A stretch of 64,000 bases of DNA, taken from the NCBI GenBank assembly GCA_030704615.1, contig CM060734.1:58094001-58158000 (forward strand), given 5' to 3'. Both the position numbers and the translations under genes were made by a program. Below the pieces are notes generated by a model. The model made no database searches, was not told where the DNA came from, and saw only the letters and a program-made list of their open reading frames with translations. Below are positions 26,770-36,981 of the stretch, in pieces (the stretch's first letter is position 1; each line of letters begins with the position of its first letter). The DNA comes from Takakia lepidozioides (lineage: Eukaryota; Plantae; Bryophyta).

Positions 26770-27717
26770 CAAGCTGATAATCCAGGTCAAGCAATTGAGA
26801 TCCATTGCTTGCCCCAACACGTGACGACGTGATGCCTCAGAAAGAGACGACACCGCCGTGGTACCAGTGGTAAAACCCATCGCCCGCTCACGCTCGTCAG
26901 CATTAGGCTCCACTAATTGCTGCAACTGAGCATCCCATAGGAGGCCAGGTCCACTATCTCGGAAAGCATGCGATCTTGGGAAGATGAGCAGTGTAGGTAA
27001 TGCTGCTCGTGGTTGACCCATCTTGTTGATCACTGCCAAAGGCGAACGGTCATCGTGTCTCACACGCTGAGACTGCCTCCCTGTATCCAAAATGTTTATC
27101 CACTGTGAGGTGTGCTGGCCGCTGCATCCCATCAAATCCATGCTTGAGCAATCCGGGTGACATCAAGTTAGTCCACCATAGCCGTGGACGATGAACCCGT
27201 GACCCCACTGCAGCTGCATCCAACAACATTGCTGACCCAAGCCATGACCGGACTTGATGCACACTGGCCATCACCCTGGCCCGAGAATGGCTCATCACTG
27301 GCACATTCTCCAAGATGTATGCTGGAGATACAGCTTGATGAAGCTGCAAGTGGCGCAAAACCCGCACCATCTCCCAAAACAGACCCGACCTCGAGTCTTG
27401 CAATCCATTGTCATGCCCGGCTGATGAATGCCCTTGGCAGGGCCAACCTGCCACTACTAGATCAACGGAGCCAACCCGCTCCAAATCCTGCGCCCCCAGC
27501 AACGAAATGTCTGTAAGCACGCCTGCTGATATCCACGAACTGCAGACACCGTCAACAACTCAGGGTATTACTGCACCTACTGAGCAACATGACGAAGTGA
27601 AATGTGTCGTGCAGTCTCATCCCTCTCCATATACAGGTAACGCCAAATTCATACACATGGCTATAACACAGCAGCCAATCCGGTGCTGATCCCGCCAAAT
27701 AAGTCCAGAAGACAAAT
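26770..27717 (-). pseudogene. DNMT3-like C5 cytosine DNA methyltransferase domain embedded in pol between protease and RT
   Basis: Motif I LDLFGGISTGL; II RYLYMERD; III DI; IV DLVVAGWPCQGHS (Cys codon 27437-27439); V GLQDSRSGLF; VI YILENV (27302-27310); VII-VIII LDAAAVGSRVHRPRLWWTNL; IX ERERAMGF; X RRHVLGQAMD. Interrupted by several stops and two frameshifts. Confidence 0.92.
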
Positions 27718-28139
27718 GTCTTCATCCGGATACTGCCACACGATTGGTGTGGTATCCAATGGTGATAACTGAGGTGGTCCTGGTGCAATCCCCGCACTAT
27801 CCTCCTCTCCTGACAGCACAAAAGCCTCTACCCAGGCTTGTTGCACCCGTCGATCAGCAACCCGCTGCAAATCCTTGCTCGAGCCCCACAATGGAGTATG
27901 AGCAACCATGGCAGGCAACTCCGCCATACCATGCATGTCATCCTGCTCTCCTGGAGGTGACACATCCTCTGAATGAGTGTTGCCATCTAACAACTCTCCA
28001 GGCCAAGTGACTGCAGTTGTGAATGCTGCTAGTGTCGGCATCTTGCCCTGCTGGGCAACCGCAACTCCTCCTATGAACGTCACAGGGAGCTGCACACGCC
28101 GGCCCTCCCCTGACTGCCATCTAGGCCTATATGAAGCTG

Positions 28140-28460
28140 ACTCCTCCCAAAAATCCAGGGTGAAGCCCATGGGGTACAACACTGCCCCACCAACCATGAC
28201 ATTGTACGAGACCGCGTCTGTCACAATGGCCTTGGCTCGCATCACTGAGCCATCTGTAGGGTGATCCGGCCGTAGTCTGATAGCCAACGCACGCCGTGTC
28301 ATGCCCCGAGCCTACTCCGATCCTCACAGAGACGTCTGTATTTGGAAAAGACAAGGCTCCATATCCGCCTCCGTGAGGCCCAAGCCTATAATAGCAGCTC
28401 TGTCCAGCATCAATGGCTGAGCTCTCGAGTCCAACAAGAGCCGCAGTGGCCGGTACCTCT
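28140..28460 (-). pseudogene. Retroelement aspartic protease
   Basis: LLLDSRAQ (likely a mutated LLDSGA; Asp codon 28429-28431) and downstream YNVMVGGAVLYPMGFTLDF. Confidence 0.75.
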
Positions 28461-29339
28461 TGCCTGCCGGTCCACTCAAATAGAAAATGTCATCCTGGTT
28501 GTCTAACATGACAACTTCAGGTGTCACCATGGCGCGCTCAATGGCGGCCTAGCTGGCAACTCCATCAACCTGGCAGCTGCAGCTTGCCATGGCACCGCCG
28601 TGGCAGTCTTGACCCTCAAATCCGAGGATCCCTCCGGCACTACACCTCCCATTATCTCCGCAGAAGATGAAGTAACCTCCCCACTCTCACAGAGTATAGC
28701 TGCCAGCCTGAACACCTCAGCTGGTTTTACCCCCGGCGTCGCAATCATGGTAGCCGAGAACAATGGAGCCTGGCACACAGATGTGGCCGCTCCCAACAGC
28801 ACACTAGCTGCCATAGCCTTGACAACACTAGGTAGTGGTGCTGCCCATGTAGCTCTCCCCAATGACATAGTAACCTCCGCCTCGGTAACAGTAGGGCGAA
28901 AACTAGGTGCCATGGATGGCGTCGATACTGTCTCCACCAATGTGAATGACTAAGGAAGCCTGGCCTGACGGCTGGCTTCCCCACGCCGTGGATCCAACTC
29001 CACCTCTGCACCTCGTGGCTCAGGAACTCGTGCTGCTCCTCGGGTCACGGCTGCAGCAGACTCCATCTGCACTAGTGGTAGTGCTGCTCCGCACATGAAT
29101 CCCATGCCTCCTATATCTCCTCCCTCAGGAGCAGGAGGTGGACCATCCGGCCTTGGGGCCGGTACCACCTGAGCTGTAGTTATGGCAGCGAGCCTCTGCT
29201 CTAGCTGCTGAAGCCGGTTGGCCATGCCTTTGTCAACACCCTGACCTCCGCGTCCTTGGCCATGTTGAGCTTGTCCTTGGCCTGCACCTTGTGCCTGGCC
29301 ACCTCGTCCTCTCTGGGCTGCTCCACCTCCCCGACTACC

Positions 29340-30584
29340 ATTGTTCCCTTGGATCTACAACTCAGGATGCTCGTGCTTGCCACAATGCCCACACTGCAAC
29401 TGTGTAGGCTGTGCATGTGCCGACCCTTTGCCTCCCCCTGGGAAATCCTTCTTGACATGGGGTCATCCACATGTCCAACACACCACCTCAGCCCGTTGTT
29501 GGCCTACAAATGAAGGAACAGACCCCTATGTCTGAGGTCCTCTTTGTCCTTCCTTGAGCTTCACCTGAGCCCCCTTGTTGCCTTGAGCACGTTGAAGTAG
29601 TGGTTGGCTAGGAGCACCACTACCCCGTGGTGTCTCCTTAGCAAATCCCACCATGACCACTCGTTCATCCACTATGTTGAGCTCTATCCGCTCTGCCAAC
29701 AAAAACACATTTGCTAAGGTGGGTTGGGCCGCTTGTAGGAAAGTTGCATCCCGCACCCTTCTCCTCAGCTCCTTGTCCAATATCCTACACCAGAATTGGA
29801 CTGCCTGAGCTTCCGTAACCCCTTGGGTTACATTTATCAAGCGCCTCATGCGAGTGAAAGCCTCCCTCAAGCTCTCAGTCGGCTTCTGTTGGAACTATTG
29901 CAAGCTCCGCAACTTCTCTGTCCTCACCTCTTGGTAGTTCCCTTTCAACTCTTTGAAGAACTCCACAACAGGGTTGAAGGCAGGCACGGGTACTGGTGAT
30001 GGTGCGGTAGTGGCTTGGGTGGACGTCGTAGCTACGGTACCACCAGTTCCACTAGTCCCACTGCTGCTTGCTGAAGCTGCCGGTGCAGCAACAGGTGTAG
30101 CCACTGCCCTCGTGACTCTAGTGCCCCTAGTGATGGAGACATAGTCGGGTGACCAGTACATCCTCCACTCCTCGATCTCAACCTCATGCCATCGCCTGTA
30201 ATCATCCATAGGCGGCCCCTCAAGGTGCTGAAACAGCCCCTTCCATGCCATGAAAGACGTAAATAGTTGTGGATTGCGCATTTGCTGCAAATCACACCAA
30301 CTATCAAACTCTTGGATAAAATCATCCAACTCGATGGTGCCCACCGCCCTAGAGTACCTTTGTGGCCTATTGGTAGCTCCATACATCTCCTCCATTGTGT
30401 CCCACAACAATGGCAAGGAAACAAATTGTACCGCCGGTGTGAGTCCTCTTGATTCACAATCCGATTCAGAACCTTCCGTAGAAGATACAGGAGGTGAATG
30501 TGGCCTAAACCGCACACCTCGTCTCGTGTACCCACTAGTATTGCTAGTGCTCGAACCGGCACTGTCCCCAGCAACTAGTGGCAC
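29340..30584 (-). pseudogene. Gag with two degenerate zinc knuckles
   Basis: KLRSLQ*FQQKPTESLREAFTRMRRL resembles the Gag core motif; CWTCG*PHVKKDF and CGHCGKHEH lie downstream. Confidence 0.75.
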
Positions 30585-31254
30585 TTCCGTGTTGACAAAC
30601 TGTCACTCAACCGGTCATGAACATGTCCCTAACCCCCTCTCCACAAGGTAACCGAGTAGAGGATCTGTTGCGGCTTATGGTTTGGAATACTAGGTTCCTA
30701 ACATAGCCTACACCTGCACCTGCATCCACCGCAAGCACTCCTATGGTTGGCTGATCATCACCTCCAACCTCACCACAAGAGAAACAATGATGGTCTGACT
30801 GGTCATCACCCCAGCCTCACCATCGACAACATGCTCTAGGACTGGCCGGTGATCAAATCCGGACCAATCACCTATAAAAACAAGCGCCCACACAAAACTA
30901 ACATGGCGCACAGTCAAGCATGCAGGTATGAAGGGGATCTAAACACAAAAAATCAGAACGACAACTCCCCCACACCAAAAACAACTCCACGGTGTTGCTC
31001 CTGCAATGACACCCCAACCCAAACCTGGACTGACTCTTGCCTCCACCTACGGAAAGGTCTTGGCCTAATGAGAGGGTGGAAAACTACGAGGAAGAGAAGC
31101 TAAAGCAATGCCTAACCCAAGCATGCCCTCATCCCAACACTCTTCATCTCCTCTCTTTCCTCACTTGCATGACCATGGGAATATCATGAAGATATTCCTC
31201 AAACCGCCCTCCACGAGTGTCAAAATTCGGCCTTCAAGTCCACATGCCAGTCCT

Positions 31255-31945
31255 AGGCAGTCCACCAGTGCCTCCACGAGTCAGCACAGGCCATCCACAG
31301 GTCAGCACAGGCCGTCCACAGGTCAACTCGGGCCACCACAGACCAGCACAGGCCCACACAGATCACAGGCTACAGCCCCACAGCCCATCACAGCCCCAAA
31401 GGCCACAGGTCACAGCCTGTCACAGCCTGTCACAGCCCTACACAGGTCACAGGATCACAGCTCCACAGGCCATAGCCTGTCAGAGCCCCAAAGGCCACAT
31501 GTCACAGCCTGTCATAGACCGTCACAGCCCCAAAGGCCACAGGGCACAGCCTATCACATCCTGTCACAGCCGTACACAGGTCACATGGTCACAGCCCCAC
31601 AGGCCACAGCCTGTCACAACCTATCATAGCCCATCAAAACCCCAAAGGCCACATGGCACAGCCTGTCACAGCCCCTCATAGCCCCAAATGCCACATGTCA
31701 CAGTCACAGCCTATCATAGCCCCTCACAGCCCCAAAGGCCACAGGCACAGCCCATCACAACCTGTCACAGCCCCTCACAGCCCCACAGGCCACAGGGCAC
31801 AACCCATCACAGCCTGTCACAGCCCCACAGGCCACAGGGCACAACGTGTCACAACCCGTCACAGCCCCACAGGCCACAGGGCACAACTTGTCACAGCCCA
31901 TCACAGCCCGTCATAGCCCCACATGCCACATGGCATAGCCATCCA
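31255..31945. repeat. Degenerate minisatellite (CACAGCC / GTCACAG / CACAGGC) in the retrotransposon leader
   Basis: Dozens of cacagcc, tgtcacag and ggccacag units; this explains the spurious ORFs at 31108-31966. Confidence 0.9.
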
Positions 31946-32399
31946 TGGCCACTCATGGCAGTTTAGCCATTTCTCCAAGGGGTTTAGCCATGCCAAGCTA
32001 GGGGGTTTGTGTCTCTTGGGCTCTAGGCTTCTTTGCACCGAGCTATGGCGGTTGTGAGGAAATCAACAAGGTATTCTTGCTATTTATGGCCCCCACACAC
32101 CACCAATAGTAGCTCTAATTCCAAAGGAAGATATTTACAACCGAAACTAAGTGCACAAGCTTCCTTTTAACTCACAAAACAACGCCATTGATCCCTATGA
32201 CGACTAACCAAACATGGTTGACTTCCAACCCTTGTAGGCACTCATTCACGTGCTTTTCTTGACCATAGCATGCCCTTCACACCTAATCCAGCCCCTGCAC
32301 CTGCTGCTTCAAGAGTTGTGCTCCCTTCAAGCTTGAAGTTGAAACCCCAACTCACATAGGCCCTACAAGTGCTTTTATTTCACCCCTAGTGGAAACCAG

Positions 32400-32710
32400 C
32401 CCTAGCCCTTCCGTTCTAGCTCTCTAAAGCTTGAAAACAAGAGCCTCAATGGGCTGAAGGCATGCTCCACACATGCCCCACTCTCACCATAAGAGAATCA
32501 GTTCCTTCCTTCCTTTCTTGCACTCCCAAACCTGAAAGTACAAGCCTTCAATAGGCTGAAAGCATGCTCCACATATGCATTGCCCTCACATAAGAGAAGT
32601 CAGCCCTTCCCTCTTCCTTGCTTGCCCTCCAAGCTTGAAGATGGAAGCTTCAATGAGCTGAATACATGCTCCACACATGCAACCTCTTCACACAAGAGGT
32701 ATCAGCCCCC
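32400..32710. repeat. Three diverged tandem copies of a ~102-bp unit in the retrotransposon leader
   Basis: The anchor catgctccac occurs at 32461, 32563 and 32665, each preceded by caat..gctgaa and followed by aagag..tcag. Confidence 0.8.
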
Positions 32711-33374
32711 TATCTTGGCTCCTTGGCTCCTTGATGCTCTCTAAGACAAGACTAAGCACTCCACAGCCTTTGCCAAGCTCTTGAAACCCTAAGGCTTACA
32801 TTTCCAGCTACAAGACACTCCTCTTGTGGTGCAAGAGCTCTTCTTCCAAGCTCTGAAACCCTAGGTGCACATTCCATGGCCTTGCCGCACCTCTTAGCTC
32901 TTGTTCCAGCCCTGCTCTTGCCATGACAAGAGCCCTCTCAATGCTGAAACTCGGGATTGAAACCCAATCTCAACATACTCCACAAAGTGCACTGATTGCC
33001 CCAAGCCAAATCAGCCCTTTTGCTTGGTCTTGCAATCCTTCACACAATGAAAGCTCACATTCCCAAGTCCAGTTCTCAGCTTTGCCACCAAAGCCACTCT
33101 AACCTGCTCTTGACTGGTCCTCTTTCCAATCGTGCTTGCTCATTCATGTACACAATCTGAAACCATCAAGGTGCTCTGCCTGCAGCATGATGCTTTCATC
33201 TCTGAAGCTGAAGATCGAATGCCAAGGTCTACTACCTCGTAACCCACATCGCCTCCGCTTCTAACAACCAAGAGCTCCACGGTGCTCATTGCATAATAAC
33301 CTGGTTTCTCTCATTCTCAAGCAAAAACCACAAGTGCTACAACTAACTCGTATCTGACACTCATAGATACGAGT

Positions 33375-33388
33375 TCATCTTTCTCGAG
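33375..33388 (-). promoter_or_regulatory. Candidate self-priming primer-binding site
   Basis: The 14 nt abutting the 5' LTR (+ tcatctttctcgag) are the perfect reverse complement of LTR-internal 33546-33559 (ctcgagaaagatga). There is no TGG tRNA-type start. Confidence 0.7.
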
Positions 33389-33707
33389 TGATAAAGAAGA
33401 AGAATACAAGCACAAGCTCATGCGAGCTCACAAAGCTGAAGCATAAACTCATGCATACATCACTCAAATACAAGTCAAGCCAAGTGCACCCCACGCCATG
33501 GGGAATCCACATTACGGCGCCATAGCTAGGCGCGGTGAGGCTCAACTCGAGAAAGATGAGCCTCCCGCGCTTGCCGTGAAGATAACCACTCCAGGGCCTA
33601 AATCTGCCTTAACTCCTGGATTGACACTTGGGCCAATCCCAAATATCAATATGTAAAAGCTAGCTATTTCCTAGCTAGTTTCACACTAGTGGTAAAATAA
33701 CTTGATA
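33389..33707 (-). repeat. 5' LTR of the main element, probably truncated at its outer end
   Basis: Near-identical to 22820-23146 (roughly ten substitutions and one short indel by eye); abuts an older integrase remnant. Confidence 0.9.
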
Positions 33708-34625
33708 TGTGACATCCAAGGTCGTTGGTGCTGTCTGCTGCAGATACACGTAGTCCCCATAATAGAAACGCCAAACCCTTGGACGATATCCCCCTCCACA
33801 TATAGTGATATATCTCAATGTGTCTCGGTGTTGGGCAATAACAAGGTTCTCAAAAACCATAGACATTACTCTCTTGAAGAACTTTGTCCGCTGGTCACAT
33901 GCCTGTGTCCATACATCCGGATCATCAAGGTTGAGGACTAATGCAACCTCCCTACGAAAAGATGCAGATAAATCTGGTTCTCGGCCGAAGAGAAGAAAGT
34001 AAGGTGAGAACGAGGCAAGTGATGCTTGCTAAACTTGTAGCCCATGACCAACCAAGGTAGCTGAAAGGTCTTAATCCCCTAAATGTCCCTTCTGCAAATC
34101 ATACTTGCGCAAGCCTCTCTTGACTGTCTGAACAACTCTCTCCGCCAAGCCATCAGCCTCAGGATGATCCCGAGAAGTAGTGCGGTGGTCTATCAAGGCT
34201 TGCTCACACAAAGCTTGAAACTCCCCCAAGAACTCTCTCCCCCGGTCCGTGAGTACCTCGGCTGGAGCACCAAATCGGTTAAGAACTCGATCTAAGAATG
34301 CATACGCAACCCCTTCACTTGCCTTGTCAGGCAATACCACTAGTTCAATCCATTTGGAGATGTGTTCCACCATCACCAACACATACTTGTTATGACGAAT
34401 CGTTAATGACAATGGGCCTGTGAAGTCAAGATTCCAACGATAGCCCAAACCCATAATGGGTAAATGATGCAACTGTGGGGTAGGTGCATTGAGTGAAGCA
34501 CGCATCCTATCACACACCATGCACCTAGCCACTAACTGTTGCACATCCGTGTGCATGCCCCGCCACCAGTATTGTCCTTGCAGCAAACTATGAATACGCC
34601 GCACCCCAAAATGTCCCAACTCCTA
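33708..34625 (-). mobile_element. Integrase remnant of a second element of the same family
   Basis: GHFGVRRIHSLLQGQYWWRGMHTDVQQLVARCMVC...WNLDFTGPL...LTDRGREF...YVYLQQTAPTTLDVT, closely paralleling 23905-24830. Confidence 0.92.
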
Positions 34626-34997
34626 ATGGATTGATGGAAACGATGTGTGGAGATCCTTGTGGAACAATAAGTACAATAACAAGTTCAACATCCTCCATGT
34701 TCAACTACGAATCCTTCATCGAATAAAAAATAAGAAAAATAAAAATCCTTCACAAATTAGCTCAGCCTCTAAAATAAACCACAATTCAATCAAAACCCCG
34801 TACCCTAATTGTTAAACCCTGTCTTGCTTGGAGGTAATCCTCAAGCCCTAAATTTTTTGCTGGCTAGTGAAAGTAAATGGGACTTCTCTCCCTCTCTCTT
34901 TCTCTCTCTAACTTGTTTTGCAGGGAAAGGCATCAGTACATGCTCTAACTTCTTCATTCTGTTATCTTTCTTTCTCTCTCTCTCTCTCTCTCTTTCT

Positions 34998-35064
34998 GTT
35001 CCGCTCAAATTGAGCGCGGGGTAAATGGCCACAAGGCTACGGAAAACAACGTCTTATGAGTACA
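34998..35064 (+). mobile_element. Truncated copy of the short non-LTR repeat inserted in a (CT)n tract
   Basis: ccgctcaaa..ggccacaaggctacggaaaacaacgtcttatgagtaca; flanks tctctctctctttct and tctctgtctctttct (probable TSD, one mismatch). Confidence 0.75.
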
Positions 35065-36029
35065 TTCTCTGTCTCTTTCTCTTTGCCCTTTTCTTTGCCA
35101 CATCGTCCCCATCTTGTGCTGGGTTGGACAACAATTCTGGAATCAACCTCATTCCGTTGAGTATGATGTCAGTGCTAATCTTTCTATCAACAATTGACTC
35201 CTTGTATGGGGTTTTTTCGGGCTGTGGGTGAGTGCTAAGACAAGGCCAGGCCGAGATCGTGGTTTGAAAACGCCACTTGAAACACTTTAAAGGAAAGAGA
35301 CATCTTACCCTTCTTGTCTGCATATATTTAAGTAAAACAGGAGTTGGATGAAAGTATCCTAATATTTCAAAATTGTGCTAACTTGAGCTGGCTTCACTTG
35401 CAGGTAGCGGTGTCACTGGCCGCATGTATCTATTTTCTCAATGACCGTCTTAAGAGTCTCGGCAGAGCTTTCATTCTTGGGTGAGGTCATCTGTACCCCA
35501 CTTGTGGACTGCAATCTACTTTAGTGCTCTGGAATATTTGCAACGGTTTTTTAGCCCAGCATCACATGTGAAGCCTACAAAATCACTCAAGGGTGACTCA
35601 GTAGGTTGGTGCTGGCACTACGACAGTTTAATAGCTAGATTTCATTCCAGTTCTGAAAAGCTCACTGCTAGTTGGAGCATTGGTCATGGGAAAGAGAGTG
35701 AGCATGAGTTTGTTTAGATTTTGTTGCAAAACCCCTCTGGCTATAGATGTACTACTTACTGACCATGCTTTGAAACATTGCCATAACAGTATGCCTAAGG
35801 AGAATCATTTCTGAGCTGATTTTGATGATGGGTGCTAATCTCATCTTGAACCTGCTGGCACAGTGGATAACCATCCATCTATAGACATCGAGACTTAAGG
35901 GCCGGTGTGGGCAACATACAAAAGAGTGTGTACTGATTCCAGCTCTGCAATTAGCTCTCTACTTTTTACATAGACATGAAGCATGGCCTTTGGTTGCACT
36001 GCTGGTGGCGCCCTAGTGAGAAGAGGACA

Positions 36030-36340
36030 GCCAGGGCTTTAGGCTCAACCTTGAGATTTTGAAAGTTGTATGTGACCATCTGTTCACCAACTTCCGATAA
36101 TCTTGAGGCTGACCCTAAAGCCCTGGCCCTGTTGGGGTGTTATTGCTGGGAAGCTCACACATAGCAGATCGATGCTTGTGTTAAGGGCTTTCAAGAAGAT
36201 ATCTGGAAAGCCCGAACTATTTGTTTATACCAAGGTAAGTCCCACTACTGGAGTGAGCCTCTCACAAAGGTAGTATCTGTTCCCTTATGTTCCGCCCAAA
36301 CTCGGCACAGGGTCTATGGCCACAAGGCTATGGCAGAGTA
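36030..36340 (+). mobile_element. Older, diverged copy of the short non-LTR repeat with a 5' fold-back
   Basis: gatgcttgtg..gatatctggaaa..aaggtaagtc..ggccacaaggcta aligns to about 60560-60800; inverted arms at 36030-36068 and 36088-36127. Confidence 0.7.
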
Positions 36341-36981
36341 TACACACACACACACACTCTCTCTCTCTCCCTCTCTCACAACTGCCTTGACGAAGTTAGG
36401 CATAAAACTTCCCTGAACTTATTTCCAGTTTGTGACATGGGTGAGGACCTTAAGGATGATTGAGGGCCTACCTATGATTGGTGCTAGACTGAAATTTAAA
36501 TTCAGGGCCGGGAGTTTTCCTTTGAACAATAAACAGATGCAGAGAGGAGAGGGAGATTGTCAACGCCCAATTTGCGGGCGGCCTGAAGATTGATACAATG
36601 ACTGAATTGTATCCGTTTTGCTGATACAATGTCCCGAGGTACTCTCATCAAAGAGAAACCCTTTTCAGGACCATTGAGAATGTAGTCCCTGAACCTGGCA
36701 TGTAGGTGCAGGGGGTAGGTGGGCACAGATTGTCCGGTCAGTATTTCGAAATTGTAAAACCCAATTTTGCAGCAGGGGGTCGTTTTCCTGGATAGAAAGT
36801 CAGACTACCCCGGGGGCGTTTAGGGGTTAAACAACCAGTTCCAATCAAAAGAGACGCTCACATTGCCATTCGCAAAAACCAGTGTGGCAAGAAACTACGA
36901 AAACACTGGAAAAATTCACGACACCATTCAATTGAGACACTGGGAATTGATGGCCAACTGGAGGCAGCAGCACAGTTGACT

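Larger units (their letters stand above)
22820..33707 (-). mobile_element. Ty3/Gypsy LTR retrotransposon, defective, encoding Gag-PR-DNMT-RT-RH-INT-PHD
   Basis: Matching LTR sequence at 22820-23146 and 33389-33707; Gypsy order PR-RT-RH-INT; coding region about 30584 down to 23586 with many stops and frameshifts. No TSD found. Confidence 0.93.

Noticed and set aside
26770-27717. Host DNMT3/DRM gene or bacterial restriction-modification contamination
   Set aside because: It is intronless, continuous with protease and RT between LTRs, has no host-type accessory domains, and is flanked by spliced plant genes.
23673-29897. Stops at Gln codons repaired by U-to-C RNA editing or readthrough, making the element active
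   Set aside because: Such editing is organellar, and the element also has frameshifts, a mutated protease motif and no RT core.
31108-31966. Ser/Pro/Gln/His-rich ORFs on the + strand
   Set aside because: By-products of the stop-poor CACAGCC minisatellite.
22815-33712. Target-site duplication for the main LTR element
   Set aside because: The flanks cacaa and tgtga differ; both ends abut related element sequence.
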